DNA of 64,000 nucleotides from an uncultured Gemmatimonadales bacterium. GTDB lineage: Bacteria > Gemmatimonadota > Gemmatimonadetes > Longimicrobiales > Gaopeijiaceae. The position numbers and the translations under genes are program-made. Below the pieces are notes generated by a model that saw nothing but the letters and a program-made list of their open reading frames with translations, was not told the origin of the DNA and searched no databases. The stretch lies in contig CAWELD010000003.1 of the NCBI GenBank assembly GCA_963809895.1, forward strand, positions 3,488,001 to 3,552,000. Reading direction: 5' to 3'. Below are positions 11,589 through 22,003 of this stretch, piece after piece (the first letter of the stretch is position 1; each line of letters starts with the position of its first letter).

Positions 11589-13280
11589 ATGAGGAAGGTC
11601 CTGGGCGCGCTGGCCATGGCGCTTCTTCTGGCACGGCCCCTGGGGGCGCAGGAACGGGTGGAGGAAGCGGACCTTCCGGACGAGGTCGCCGACAGCATCA
11701 TCGTCTTCTTCAACGACCCCGGAACCATCCGCTTCAACGGTCGCGGCCGGGTGCCGGCGGGCCGCACCATCGTGGGTGACGTGGGCGTGCTGGACGGCCC
11801 CTTCACCGTCTCGGGGCTGATCCGCGGCGATCTGATGGTCCTGAACGGCAACCTGACCGTCGAAGAGGGCGGCCGGGTCGAGGGCGACGTGACCGTCGTC
11901 GGAGGCGACGTCCTGGGCCTGCCCGAGGGCAGCGTGAGCGGGGCGCTGGTCATCTACGAGGAGCGCATGCCCTACGCTTCCCGCGGGGGCGAGGTCCGGC
12001 GTCGGGGCGGGCCTCGCACGGAGCGCCGGGGGATTCGGCTCGGGGACTCCCGTCTCACCGTGCGCGCCGGCACCAACTACAACCGGGTCGAGGGGCTCCC
12101 GGTTCTGTTCGGACCGGTCTTCCGGACCTCGGGCGAGAACCCGCTGCGCATGGAGGCCCTGGCCATCTGGCGCACCGAGTCGGGCTACACGCGCGACGAC
12201 CTGGGCTATCGCATCCGCCTGGAGCAGCAACTGGGCGTTCCGGCACTTGTCACCTTCGGCGCCACCGCCTTTTCGGAGGTCGCTCCGGTGGAGGATTGGG
12301 GCCTCCGGGACCTGGAGGCTTCGCTGGCCACCTTCTTCCTGCACCGGGACTACCGCGACTACTACGAGCGCCAGGGCTTCAGCTTGTTCGCTCAGGCCCA
12401 CCTGCCCGGGACACCGCTCCAGGCGAAGCTGAGTTACCGCAACGAGGAGCACCTGGACGTGCCGGTGGCGAGCCCATGGACGCTCCGCCGCAACGATCAG
12501 TCCTGGCGCCCGCTGCCCCTCATGGGCACCGGCGACCTGCAGACGCTCGGCCTGGCGCTGACCCTGGACAACCGCAACGATCCCGACGATCCCACCGACG
12601 GCTGGTGGATCCAGGGCCACGTCACCCGCGGGATCGGTGGCGCCCTCACGCGCCGCGACTACCTGCGGCCGGCCCCCGAGGAGACCGAGGACGCCGCTCC
12701 GGTCTCCAGCGCCTTCACCGACGGCTTCCTGGACGTCCGCCGGTACGCCAGGGTGGGGCCCGACGCCGACATGGCGTTCCGGGGATTGTTGGCAGGCTCG
12801 TTGGGCTCCCGGGACCTGCCCTCGCAGTTCCAGCACGCCATGGGCGGCGAAGGCTCTCTGCCCGGCTTCCGGCGCTTCTCGCAGGACTGCGGCGCTCGCG
12901 ACGAGACCTTCGCGGTGACCCGGGAGCGCGACGGCCAAACCGTGGTGGATCCGGTCTACGCCCGCTACGGCTGCGACCGCATCGCCCTCTTCCAGGTGGA
13001 GTATCGGGGCCGCTTCTCGCTGGACCTGGGGCTGGATCCCGACGACGAGCAATGGGAACGGTGGGACTGGTATCCGGCGGTGGACCTGAGCCCCGCCTGG
13101 ACGGTCTTCTTCGACGCCGGCCGGGGCTGGAGCCGGATTCCCGGTGCACCGAACACGAACACCGTGGCGGACGTGGGGGCCGGCCTTCTCCTGGGCAACC
13201 TGGGTGTCTATTGGGCCTACCCCCTGACCGGAGACGACCGCCACGTGAACTTCTTCGTCCGCCTCAAGCGCCGCTTCTGA
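11589..13280 (+). CDS. outer-membrane beta-barrel (Omp85/BamA-TamA-like) with N-terminal beta-helix (bactofilin-like) repeats
   Basis: Signal peptide ending LGA-Q; GDV/GNL repeat region; YNRVEG, LTLDNRNDPDDPTDGW, MGGEGSLPGF, VFFDAG, ADVGAGL; C-terminal Phe. Confidence 0.7.
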   Translation: MRKVLGALAMALLLARPLGAQERVEEADLPDEVADSIIVFFNDPGTIRFNGRGRVPAGRTIVGDVGVLDGPFTVSGLIRGDLMVLNGNLTVEEGGRVEGDVTVVGGDVLGLPEGSVSGALVIYEERMPYASRGGEVRRRGGPRTERRGIRLGDSRLTVRAGTNYNRVEGLPVLFGPVFRTSGENPLRMEALAIWRTESGYTRDDLGYRIRLEQQLGVPALVTFGATAFSEVAPVEDWGLRDLEASLATFFLHRDYRDYYERQGFSLFAQAHLPGTPLQAKLSYRNEEHLDVPVASPWTLRRNDQSWRPLPLMGTGDLQTLGLALTLDNRNDPDDPTDGWWIQGHVTRGIGGALTRRDYLRPAPEETEDAAPVSSAFTDGFLDVRRYARVGPDADMAFRGLLAGSLGSRDLPSQFQHAMGGEGSLPGFRRFSQDCGARDETFAVTRERDGQTVVDPVYARYGCDRIALFQVEYRGRFSLDLGLDPDDEQWERWDWYPAVDLSPAWTVFFDAGRGWSRIPGAPNTNTVADVGAGLLLGNLGVYWAYPLTGDDRHVNFFVRLKRRF

Positions 13281-13295
13281 TCGGGGCGTGGTCCG

Positions 13296-13931
13296 TTGAT
13301 CCGGCGAGTGGCGCTTCTGATGCTGGTGGTCGTCCAGGTCGCCCTGCCCCGGCAGGCGGCGGCCCAGGACGACGACTCCCCTCCCGTCACCCTCGAGGTG
13401 GCGGCGGGCACGGGAGAGCTCCGGGTGCACCTGGGAGACCTGCTGGCCGACGGCGGCCTGCGCCGGGCGATCCACCAGGGACTGCCCCTCCGGATCGGCG
13501 TGCGCGCCGAGCTCTGGCAGGACAAGTTCTTCGACAGCGAGCGGGGCGTGGCCGAGTGGAAGGCCAGCGTGGTCTACGACCCCGTGGCTCGCAACTACGA
13601 GGTCGACGTGGGCAGTGGCGAGGCGGCCACGGTGAGCTCCCTGGCCGAAGCCACCGCCGTGCTTCAGCAACGCTTCGAGCTGCCCATCCGACCCCAGCGC
13701 TCCGGGCGCTTCTACTACCTGGCGGTGGTGGAGATGGAGACGCTCTCCCTCTCGGACCTCGAGGAGCTACAGCACTGGCTCAAGGGTGACCTCGCCCCTG
13801 CTGTCAGCGGCGACGAAGACGTGGAAAACGCCATGGCCCGGGGAGTGCGACGTCTCTTCGTGCGCGCCCTGGGCCTGCCGACCCGGCGTATCCGGCTCCG
13901 GACCGAGACCTTCGAAGTGGGCGGCGGCTGA
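13296..13931 (+). CDS. secreted DUF4390-like protein
   Basis: Signal peptide; AIHQGLPL..RAELW..KFFD...VVYDPVARNY pattern resembles DUF4390, which is typically near ntrY/ntrX. Confidence 0.55.
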   Translation: MIRRVALLMLVVVQVALPRQAAAQDDDSPPVTLEVAAGTGELRVHLGDLLADGGLRRAIHQGLPLRIGVRAELWQDKFFDSERGVAEWKASVVYDPVARNYEVDVGSGEAATVSSLAEATAVLQQRFELPIRPQRSGRFYYLAVVEMETLSLSDLEELQHWLKGDLAPAVSGDEDVENAMARGVRRLFVRALGLPTRRIRLRTETFEVGGG

Positions 13932-13934
13932 CGC

Positions 13935-15041
13935 TCAGGCCGAGACGGTCTCGCGGCGCACCGTGAGCGCGTCGATGAGATCCAACCGGGGCGTCACGCC
14001 CATGCCCGGCGCGTCGGGCAGAGCCAGCGTTCCGTCCACGAGCTCGAACTCGGGCTCGACCAGATCTTCACTCCAGTAGCGGCTCGACGCCGAGATGTCG
14101 CCGGGAAGGGTGAAGCCCGGCAGGGTCGCCAGCGCCACGTTGTGCGCCCGGCCGATCCCCGACTCCAGCATACCCCCGCACCAGACCGGGACGTCGTGGG
14201 CGAGACACAGATCGTGGATGGCCCGGGCCGAGGAGAATCCCCCGACACGACCCGGCTTGATGTTGACGATGCGGCAGGCGCCGAGCTCCAGCGCCAGCGC
14301 GGCGTCCTGTAGCGAGCGGATGGACTCGTCCAGACAGATGGGCGTGGCGAGCTCCTCCTGCAGCCTGGCGTGGTCCCGCAGGTCCTCGTAGCCCAGCGGC
14401 TGCTCGATCATCATGAGATCCAGGGCGTCCAGCTCCCTGAGCAGCGCCGCGTCGGCCAGCGTGTACGCCGAGTTGGCGTCGGCCATGAGTCGCGCCTCCG
14501 GAAAGCGGTGGCGCACGGCCTCGAGCATGTCCACGTCCCGTCCCGGCTTGATCTTGATCTTGACGCGCCGGTATCCCTCGGCCAGGTAGCCCTCGATCTT
14601 GCCCAGGAGCTGGTCGTCGGAGGGCTGCAGCCCCACGCTGACGCCCACCTCCACCGGGTGCCTGCCGCCCCCCACCACGTCGGCCAGCGAGCGGCCCTCC
14701 ATGCGAGCCGCCAGGTCCCATGCGGCCATCTCCAGCGCCGCCTTCGCCATGCGGTGTCCCCGCACCCAGGCGGCCCCGGCCGTGAGCCCGGCGACGTCCG
14801 GCGCCTCCCGCCCCACCACGGCTGGAGCCACGAAGTCCCGGAGCACGTGCCACGCGGTCTCGGTCGTCTCGTAGGAATAGCCAGGATCTTCGCCCACCAC
14901 GCACTCCCCCCACCCCACCTGCCCCTCACCGTGGACGGTCACCAGGAAGATGGTCCGTTCCTGGCGACCTCCGCTGCTGATCTCGAAGCGCTCCTTGAGC
15001 ATCAGGGGCACGAGCCTCATCTCGATCCGTTCGATGCGCAT
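13935..15041 (-). CDS. menC: o-succinylbenzoate synthase / N-succinylamino-acid racemase (enolase superfamily)
   Basis: KIKIKPG, DANSAY, IEQPL, LDESI, NIKPGRVGG, WCGGMLESGIGRA, PGDISASSRY. Confidence 0.9.
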   Translation of the reverse strand: MRIERIEMRLVPLMLKERFEISSGGRQERTIFLVTVHGEGQVGWGECVVGEDPGYSYETTETAWHVLRDFVAPAVVGREAPDVAGLTAGAAWVRGHRMAKAALEMAAWDLAARMEGRSLADVVGGGRHPVEVGVSVGLQPSDDQLLGKIEGYLAEGYRRVKIKIKPGRDVDMLEAVRHRFPEARLMADANSAYTLADAALLRELDALDLMMIEQPLGYEDLRDHARLQEELATPICLDESIRSLQDAALALELGACRIVNIKPGRVGGFSSARAIHDLCLAHDVPVWCGGMLESGIGRAHNVALATLPGFTLPGDISASSRYWSEDLVEPEFELVDGTLALPDAPGMGVTPRLDLIDALTVRRETVSA

Positions 15042-15086
15042 GATCCGTCGGGAAAGGGTGTTGAGAAGGGGGACGAGTCGGTGCAG

Positions 15087-15920
15087 TCAGGGCAGATAGA
15101 CCAGGTAGTGCGACACGGGCCCGGCGCGCACCAGCTCGCGAGCCACGCCCCCTCGCGCCAGCGCCGGCTCCAGCGCTGCCCTGGTCGCATGCCGCCACGC
15201 CAGCGCCAGCCCCGCGTCCGCCGCCTTGAGCGCCTGGATGTCGGCGGGGATGGCCACGCGGAAGACCGGGGCGTCCGGGAGCGCATGGGGCACGTCCACC
15301 GGAGCCGGGCCGGCCCCCGAGGCGCGCACTCCGAAGGCGTCGGGTCCCGTCGCCTCCTCCGATGCGGACGGGTCGAAGCGCCGGCCCCCGAGGCGGGCCT
15401 CCACCCGGTCCGAGTCCATGTCCCAGGTGGTGACGAAGCGGTCGGTGCCCAGACCCTGGTGGAGCGGAGAGTCCGATGCCCCGTACATGTCCACGACGTA
15501 CTCGCCGCACACCGCGCCCAGCACGCCCAGGTTCAGGTGCGCGTTACGGGACTCCAGAGGGTCGAAGGTCCAGCGCATGCGGGTGACGCCCATGGCCAGC
15601 AGGCGTTCACGCTGATGCACCTTGAGGCGCCGGCCGACGCCCGCGTCCCGGAGCTCGGGTACCACGGCCAGCATGTCGGACCAGTGCACCAGCCTGCCTT
15701 CTTCGACACCCGTGAGCCCGAAGACGAAGCCCACCTGGCGCCCGCCGTCGTCGAAGGCGCCCGACACCACCCCGCCCAGGCGGGCGGCCACCTTGAGGAG
15801 CGACACGGGCACCCGCTCGGCGAAGCCCTCGCCCCAGGTGGCCTCCTGCAGGGTCACGCACGCCCGCAGCTCGTCGGCCGTGCGCAGGGGCCGGATGGAG
15901 ACCGAGCCCGATTCCGTCAC
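15087..15920 (-). CDS. GNAT acyltransferase (D-amino-acid N-succinyltransferase-like)
   Basis: HWSDMLAV..RDAGVGRRLK, WTFDPLESRNAHLNL..LG, DMYG, TDRF; lies between M20 and NSAR genes. Confidence 0.85.
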   Translation of the reverse strand: MTESGSVSIRPLRTADELRACVTLQEATWGEGFAERVPVSLLKVAARLGGVVSGAFDDGGRQVGFVFGLTGVEEGRLVHWSDMLAVVPELRDAGVGRRLKVHQRERLLAMGVTRMRWTFDPLESRNAHLNLGVLGAVCGEYVVDMYGASDSPLHQGLGTDRFVTTWDMDSDRVEARLGGRRFDPSASEEATGPDAFGVRASGAGPAPVDVPHALPDAPVFRVAIPADIQALKAADAGLALAWRHATRAALEPALARGGVARELVRAGPVSHYLVYLP

Positions 15921-17098
15921 CGGTCCTCGTCCACGGGATGGGCCAGGAGCCCCGCCACCAGCGCCGCTCGCTCCGGCATGCGGTCCATGCGCAGGTGCTC
16001 GTGGGGCGCGTGCGCCCCGTCGCCCACCGGACCCAGCCCGTCCAGCGTCGCGGTGTGGAGGCTGGTGTGGTTGCCGTCGGATCCACCCCCCACGGCGCGC
16101 TCCTCCACGTGCAGACCCAGGCCGGCGGCCACCGCGCGCGCGGCCTCCCACAGGCGCCGGTTGCGGGGGGTGGGCTCCAGCGGCGGCGTGCGCACGCCAC
16201 CGGTGACCTCGAGGGTGACCCCGTCGAGCCCGGAAGGCAGCGCCCGGATGCGCTCCTCGGCTTCCGCGGCGTCCCGCGCGGTGCGCGCCCTCACGTCCAC
16301 ATCGAGGCGCGCTTCGGCAGCCACCACGTTGGGACGGGTGCCTCCGGTGACGACGCCGGGATTCACGGTCAGGCCCCGCTCCAGGTCGGTGAGCTGGTGG
16401 AGTCGTTCCACGGTGCGCGCCATGGCGACGATGGCGCTCCGGCCGCGCTCCGGCTCCAGCCCCGCGTGGGCGGGCACGCCGTGGAAGCGGAGCGTGAAGC
16501 CCCCCACTCCTTTGCGGGCGGTCTTCAGGGCGCCCTTCTCTCCGAAGGCGGGCTCCAGGATGAGCGCCCGGCAGGCCACCCGGGCGAGACGCGTGACGTG
16601 GCGCATGGAGTCGGGGCTGCCGATCTCCTCGTCGCCGTTGAGGAAGAACACCGGCGAGGCCGGGAGCTCGATGCCCGCCGCCTGGAGCGCCCGCACGGCG
16701 TACAGCCCCTGCACGACCCCACCCTTCATGTCGAAGACCCCCGGGCCGTGGAGGCGTCCGTCCGTCTCACGCACCGGCATGGTGGCGAGGGTGCCCATGG
16801 GCCACACCGTATCCAGGTGACCCACCAGGAGTTGTAGCGGGCGGCCCCGGAGCCTGGCCGCCGGCGCGGCAAGAAGGTGGCCCGCCGCGCCGCGCCCGTC
16901 GATCCGCCGCACCCGGAACCCCATGTTCTCGAGCTCGGCGGCCACGGCGTCCCGGGCCTCCGCCACGGCGCTCGGCGTGTCCGACGGGGATTCGATGCGG
17001 GCGAGACGCGCCGTGAGCCCGACCATCTCGTTCTGGCGGTCGCCGAGCCATTGGCGGAGCCCGGCCAGGGTGCCGGCGTCCAGCCCTCCGGCGCTCAC
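15917..17098 (-). CDS. M20 family metallopeptidase (carboxypeptidase G2/desuccinylase-like)
   Basis: GHLDTVW, GPGVFDMKGG, DEEIGS, GGSDGN, GAHAPHE; GTG overlaps glcF stop. Confidence 0.9.
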   Translation of the reverse strand: MSAGGLDAGTLAGLRQWLGDRQNEMVGLTARLARIESPSDTPSAVAEARDAVAAELENMGFRVRRIDGRGAAGHLLAAPAARLRGRPLQLLVGHLDTVWPMGTLATMPVRETDGRLHGPGVFDMKGGVVQGLYAVRALQAAGIELPASPVFFLNGDEEIGSPDSMRHVTRLARVACRALILEPAFGEKGALKTARKGVGGFTLRFHGVPAHAGLEPERGRSAIVAMARTVERLHQLTDLERGLTVNPGVVTGGTRPNVVAAEARLDVDVRARTARDAAEAEERIRALPSGLDGVTLEVTGGVRTPPLEPTPRNRRLWEAARAVAAGLGLHVEERAVGGGSDGNHTSLHTATLDGLGPVGDGAHAPHEHLRMDRMPERAALVAGLLAHPVDEDR

Positions 17099-18429
17099 CT
17101 CGTCCTCCCGGGGCCGTCGTAGAGCCCCGCGCGCCGGTAGCTCTCGTCCAGGAGCTCCACCGGGTGCACCACCTGCAACGCATGTCCTTTCAACCGCATG
17201 GTCCCTCCGATCTGCATCATGCATCCGGGATTCCCGGTGGCGACGATGTCGGCGCCGCTGGCTACCAGGGCCTCCACCTTGTCACCGCCGATTCGCCCGC
17301 CGAGCTCGGGATGGGTCATACCGTAGGTTCCGGCGCCACCACAGCATTCCGCCGCGTGCTCCACCGGCATGCGACGGAGCCCCGGGACGGCGTCCAGCAC
17401 GCGAAGTGGCGCCTCGGCGACGCCCTGTCCGTGAAGCAGGTGACAGGGCGGGTCGTAGGCGACCTTCACCTCCACGGGGGCCCCCGGCCGGGGTCCCACC
17501 TCGGCCAGCAGCTCGCTCACGTCGCGCACGTGGCCACCGAACCCACCGTGGGCGGGAGCAGGGGAGCTCGGCTCTTCGGCGAGCAGCTCGTCGTACTCGT
17601 GCATCATGGCGCCGCATCCGGCGGCGTTCACGCACACCACGTCCACACCGGCGGCGCGGAACGCCTCCTCGTTCCGATGGGCCAGCACGCGAGCGCCACC
17701 GAGATCGCCGGCATGGGCGTGCAGCGCACCACAACACGCTTGCCCACCCACCTCCACCACCCGGTACCCGTTGACCCGGAGCACCCGGGCCGTGGCCTCG
17801 TTCACACGGCGGAAGAGCACGTCCTGCACGCAACCACGCAGCAGCCCGACGGTGGGACGGGAGTCCGCGGTCGGCGGCTCGGCGGAGGGGGCACGGCTCC
17901 GGGATGGCACCCCGGCGGGCAGCTGGCGCAGGTCGGTCGGTCTGGACGCCGCCAGCATGGCCGCCGGCAGCGCCCAGCGGCGCGGGAGCGTCCGGGCCGC
18001 CAGGGCGGCCAGCCCGATAGCCCGCAGCAGCCGTGCCGCACCGAAGACCAGCGAGCCCCGCGCCCGGCTCGCCACCAGGCTCAGCAGCCCCCGGACCTCG
18101 AGCGGCGCCGGCCGGGTCTCGCGGGCCACGGCCCGGGCGCGCTCCAGCAGTTGGCCGTACGGGACGCCCGAGGGGCACACGGGCTCGCACGCGCGGCAGC
18201 CCAGGCAGCGGTCCAGGTGCGTGTGGAAGGCAGGCGATTCCGGCGACAGGCGGCCCTCGGCGACCGCCCGCATGAGGCTCAGCCGCCCCCGCGGCGAGTC
18301 CGCTTCGTCACCCAGGCGCACGTAGGTGGGGCAGGCCGGCAGGCAGAAACCGCAATGGACGCAGGTGAGGAGACGCTCCTCCTCCCGCTCCAGGCCGGCG
18401 GCCATGCGGTCGCGGACGTTACCGTTCAT
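17095..18429 (-). CDS. glcF: glycolate oxidase Fe-S subunit
   Basis: CVHCGFCLPACP, CLGCRACEPVCPSG, CCG domains (CCGALHAH, PCHLLH, CCGGAG, NPGC). Confidence 0.9.
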   Translation of the reverse strand: MNGNVRDRMAAGLEREEERLLTCVHCGFCLPACPTYVRLGDEADSPRGRLSLMRAVAEGRLSPESPAFHTHLDRCLGCRACEPVCPSGVPYGQLLERARAVARETRPAPLEVRGLLSLVASRARGSLVFGAARLLRAIGLAALAARTLPRRWALPAAMLAASRPTDLRQLPAGVPSRSRAPSAEPPTADSRPTVGLLRGCVQDVLFRRVNEATARVLRVNGYRVVEVGGQACCGALHAHAGDLGGARVLAHRNEEAFRAAGVDVVCVNAAGCGAMMHEYDELLAEEPSSPAPAHGGFGGHVRDVSELLAEVGPRPGAPVEVKVAYDPPCHLLHGQGVAEAPLRVLDAVPGLRRMPVEHAAECCGGAGTYGMTHPELGGRIGGDKVEALVASGADIVATGNPGCMMQIGGTMRLKGHALQVVHPVELLDESYRRAGLYDGPGRTR

Positions 18430-21187
18430 GCGTGCCCCCGTCCTCACCAGCCTCCTCGAATCCCGGCAGGACGCCTGCCGGGTCGAAGGTGCGCCGAAGC
18501 TCGCCCACCAGCGCCGCCGAGGCCTGTCGCGCCGGCTCGTGCGGAGCGGCCATGGAAGCGGCCCGCAGCTCCCCGGGCCCCTCCACCACACGCACCCGAC
18601 CGCCCAGGGGCGCGAGTCGGGCCGCCTCGTCGGAGATCCACGCCGCCACGGTGGCCGCTCCCGCAGCGTCGGGATCCGGTAGGCCCACCTCGAGCAAGCC
18701 CTGGTCCGGCAGCGCCGCCAGCCGCAGGTCGCCGGCGACCGCCTCCTCTCCCATGCGTCGAGCGCGCACCAGGGCGGCCGTCACCGCCGACGCGGAGGCA
18801 GGACCGTGGAGCCGGACCCGCACGGGAGCCTCGGCCACGGCAGCTCTGCGGGTCGCGCGCAACTCGGCCGCACGGGGCTCCTCCAGGACCTGCGACTCCC
18901 CACCCAGCCGCTCGGCCATCACCTCCAGGGCGTGGTCTGCGCCGGCTGGCGAGCCGACCACGCGGACCGCCAGGAGGGCGTCGCCCGAACCCTGAAAGAG
19001 CTCTACCGACGCCGGCAACAGCGGCGCGTCCAGAACGGAGGCCATTCGCTTCTCCAGCGCATCCAGGTCATGGCCGGCCACAGTCAGCGTGCGGTCGGTG
19101 GCCGGGCGTCCGTAGAGCCGCACGGTGGCACCGGTGACGATGCCGAGCCTGCCCCGGCTGCCGACGATCAGGCGCACCAGATCGAAGCCGGCCACGTTCT
19201 TCACGACCCGTCCCCCCAGGCGCAGCACCCGGCCGTCGCCGGTGACGACGGTGAGGCCCAGCACCAGGTCACGCACCGCGCCGAAGGCCGCCGCCAGCGC
19301 CCGGGGACCGCCGCCAGCCACCAATCCCCCCAAGGTGCCGTGCTCGAGGCCCCATCCGTCCACCGGAAGCCATTGCCCGTGGCGCCGGGCGGCCTCGTCC
19401 AGCGCCGACCACGCCAGGCCCGCGCCCGCCTCCAGCGCCAGGTCGGCGGGTTCGTACGCGTCGATGGCGTCGAGGCGCGCCACGGAGACGGCCACCGCGG
19501 GAGCAACGTCCCTCCCTGCCAGACGCCTCGGCCGAACCCGCTCGGGAGGAAGGCTCGTGGGCACAACGCGCCACCCCCGCGCCGACGCCATGCGCACCAG
19601 CTCGGCCACGGCCTCCACCGAGGCGGGTAGCGCCACGGGCATGGCCCCCCCGCCCTGCCCGGCCGGGCCGGCTGCCGTGTCGATGCCCAGCTCCTCCAGC
19701 GCCCGCATGACGGCTTCCCCATCCGCTGCGGGCGCCGCCGCCCCAGCCACCCTCGCTCCGTCCGCTTTACGCCCGGCGGGGGCCGGCTGGTCGGGCAGCA
19801 CCTTGCCCGGATTCCAACGGCCCAGCGGATCGAACACGGCGCGCACCGCGTCCATGGCGCCGAGCTCGTCCGGCCCGTAGACCAAGGGCATGTAGTGTCG
19901 CTTGTCCAACCCCACTCCGTGCTCGCCCGTGATCGTGCCGCCGGCGTCCACGCACGCCTGCATGATCTCGCGGGAGGCCGCCTCCACCCGCTCTACCTGC
20001 TCCGGAATCCGTCGGTCGAAGAGGAGGTTGGGGTGCAGGTTACCGTCGCCGGCGTGGAAGACGTTCGCCACACGCAGCCCGTGACGGACGGCAATCTCGC
20101 CGATCTGGCGGAGCACCGCCGGGAGTCGGGAGCGCGGGACCGTGCCGTCCTGCACCAGGAGGTCCGGGGCCAGGCGGCCCATGGCGCCGAAGGCCTTCTT
20201 GCGTCCCTTCCACAGCGCCGCTCGTTCCGCCTCGTCGTGAGCGCGCCGGATCTCCCCGGCCCCCGCCTCCCGGCAGAGCGCCTCCACCCGGGCCAGCTCC
20301 TCGTCCAGCCCGGCGTCGGGACCGTCCAGCTCCACGACCAGGGCGGCGCCGGCCCCCACCGGGTATCCCGCGGCGAAGATGCTCTCTTCCACGGCCTGGA
20401 TGGTGGAGGCGTCCACGATCTCCAGTGCGGCCGGCAACAGCCCTTCCGCCATGATGGCCGACACGGCCACGCCGGCTTCTTCGGGCCGGGGAAACGCCGC
20501 CAGCAGGGTGCGCGTGGCCTCCGGCGCCGGCGTGAGCGCCAGCTCGATCTCGGTGGCGAGGCCGAAGCAGCCTTCCGATCCCACGAACACGCCTACCAGA
20601 TCCAACAGCGGCGAGCCCGGAGGGCCGCCCAGCTCCAACACCTCGCCTCCTGCCGCGACCACGGTGAGACCCGTGACGTAGCGGGTGGTGACACCGTACT
20701 TGAGGCAGTGCGGACCCCCGGAGTTCTCGGCCACGTTGCCGCCCAGGGTGCACGCGCTCTGTGACGACGGATCGGGTGCGTAGGTGAGGCCGTGGCGGGC
20801 CGCGGCGGCGGCCAGATCGGCGTTCACGACCCCCGCCTGCACGCGAGCCCGACGGGCCGCTGGCTCCAGCGAGAGGATCCGGGTCATGCGGGCGGTGCCG
20901 ACGATCACGGCCCCCGGCGCGGCCACCGCGCCCCCGGACAGTCCGGTGCCGGCACCCCGCGGCACGACAGCCACACCGGCTCCGTGCACCAACGCCACCA
21001 CGCGGGCGCACTCGGCGGTGGTCCGGGGCAGCACCACGGCCGACGGCCGACCACGATAGCGGGTCAGCCCGTCGGATTCGTAGACCAGCAGCCTGTCGGC
21101 GTCGGTGAAGACCGCGTCGGGTCCCACCGTGCGGATCAGCTCCCGGACGAGCGTCGGCTCGAGGTCGCGAGTGGAGTCGGGGATCAC
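18419..21187 (-). CDS. glcDE: fused glycolate oxidase FAD subunits GlcD-GlcE
   Basis: GlcD half PRGAGTGLSGGA, ENSGGPHCLKYG, HAGDGNLHP, GEHGVG; GlcE half DLALEAGAG, GGRVVKNVAGFDL, FDPAGVL. Confidence 0.85.
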   Translation of the reverse strand: MIPDSTRDLEPTLVRELIRTVGPDAVFTDADRLLVYESDGLTRYRGRPSAVVLPRTTAECARVVALVHGAGVAVVPRGAGTGLSGGAVAAPGAVIVGTARMTRILSLEPAARRARVQAGVVNADLAAAAARHGLTYAPDPSSQSACTLGGNVAENSGGPHCLKYGVTTRYVTGLTVVAAGGEVLELGGPPGSPLLDLVGVFVGSEGCFGLATEIELALTPAPEATRTLLAAFPRPEEAGVAVSAIMAEGLLPAALEIVDASTIQAVEESIFAAGYPVGAGAALVVELDGPDAGLDEELARVEALCREAGAGEIRRAHDEAERAALWKGRKKAFGAMGRLAPDLLVQDGTVPRSRLPAVLRQIGEIAVRHGLRVANVFHAGDGNLHPNLLFDRRIPEQVERVEAASREIMQACVDAGGTITGEHGVGLDKRHYMPLVYGPDELGAMDAVRAVFDPLGRWNPGKVLPDQPAPAGRKADGARVAGAAAPAADGEAVMRALEELGIDTAAGPAGQGGGAMPVALPASVEAVAELVRMASARGWRVVPTSLPPERVRPRRLAGRDVAPAVAVSVARLDAIDAYEPADLALEAGAGLAWSALDEAARRHGQWLPVDGWGLEHGTLGGLVAGGGPRALAAAFGAVRDLVLGLTVVTGDGRVLRLGGRVVKNVAGFDLVRLIVGSRGRLGIVTGATVRLYGRPATDRTLTVAGHDLDALEKRMASVLDAPLLPASVELFQGSGDALLAVRVVGSPAGADHALEVMAERLGGESQVLEEPRAAELRATRRAAVAEAPVRVRLHGPASASAVTAALVRARRMGEEAVAGDLRLAALPDQGLLEVGLPDPDAAGAATVAAWISDEAARLAPLGGRVRVVEGPGELRAASMAAPHEPARQASAALVGELRRTFDPAGVLPGFEEAGEDGGTHER

Positions 21188-21981
21188 GCCGGGGAGGATA
21201 CGCCCGACGAGCCCTCCGTGTCCACGTACTCCCGGAGGGCCGCCAGGGAGCGGTGGGCCGCGCTCTCAAGCCCCGCCGGCACGGTGTCTCCGTACACCGC
21301 GCGATAGAGCGCGTCGGGCGAAGCGTCGGGCCGGGCCGCCAGCGCTTCGCGTACCGCAGCGATGCGCCCGCGACGATGAGCCTCGAAACGGTCGATGGCG
21401 TGGACCGGATCCCGGATGGGAGGCCCGTGTCCCGGATAGATCACGTCCAGCGCAAGCTCTCGCAGTCGCTCGAGAGAGGACAGGTAGTCGGCCACGCAGC
21501 CCGGGTAGTCCGCGACCCACGTCGTGTCGCCACGGCCGAGAACGTGGTCGCCGGAGAAGAGGGCCCGGGCCTCGGGCCAGTGGAAGGCGAGGTGGTCGGG
21601 GGTGTGTCCCGGGGTCGCCACGGGGAGCAGCACGCCCGCGTCGGTGTGGACACCCTCGCCGGGTTTCAGGGGCCGGGCCGCCGGGTGCCCCGCGCCCACC
21701 ACCGGTACCTCACCGAGGCGCTCCCGGATGCCGTTCACCGCCCCGGCGTGGTCGCCGTGGCCGTGGGTGAGCACGAGGGTGACGGTGGCCGCGTCCTCCA
21801 GCAGCGACAGCAAGGCCCGAACGTGCTCCTCCACGTCCGGGCCGGGATCCACCACGGCGACCTGCTCGGTGCCCAGGATGTAGGTCCGGGTCCCATCGAG
21901 GGTGAAGGGACCCGGATTGGCCGCCAGAAGCCAGCGAATGTCTCTGGCGGCGATCCCGGGACGATGCCGCACGGCGGTCAC
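21184..21981 (-). CDS. MBL-fold metallo-hydrolase
   Basis: NPGPFTLDGT, THGHGDH, TPGHTPDH, SGDHVLG, YPGHG. Confidence 0.9.
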   Translation of the reverse strand: MTAVRHRPGIAARDIRWLLAANPGPFTLDGTRTYILGTEQVAVVDPGPDVEEHVRALLSLLEDAATVTLVLTHGHGDHAGAVNGIRERLGEVPVVGAGHPAARPLKPGEGVHTDAGVLLPVATPGHTPDHLAFHWPEARALFSGDHVLGRGDTTWVADYPGCVADYLSSLERLRELALDVIYPGHGPPIRDPVHAIDRFEAHRRGRIAAVREALAARPDASPDALYRAVYGDTVPAGLESAAHRSLAALREYVDTEGSSGVSSPA

Positions 21982-22003
21982 CCCGGGCCGTTCATGCTCG
22001 CGC

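Noticed and set aside
13935..15041. Evidence for a menaquinone biosynthesis operon
   Set aside because: No menF/D/H/B/E nearby; the GNAT and M20 context points to racemase function.
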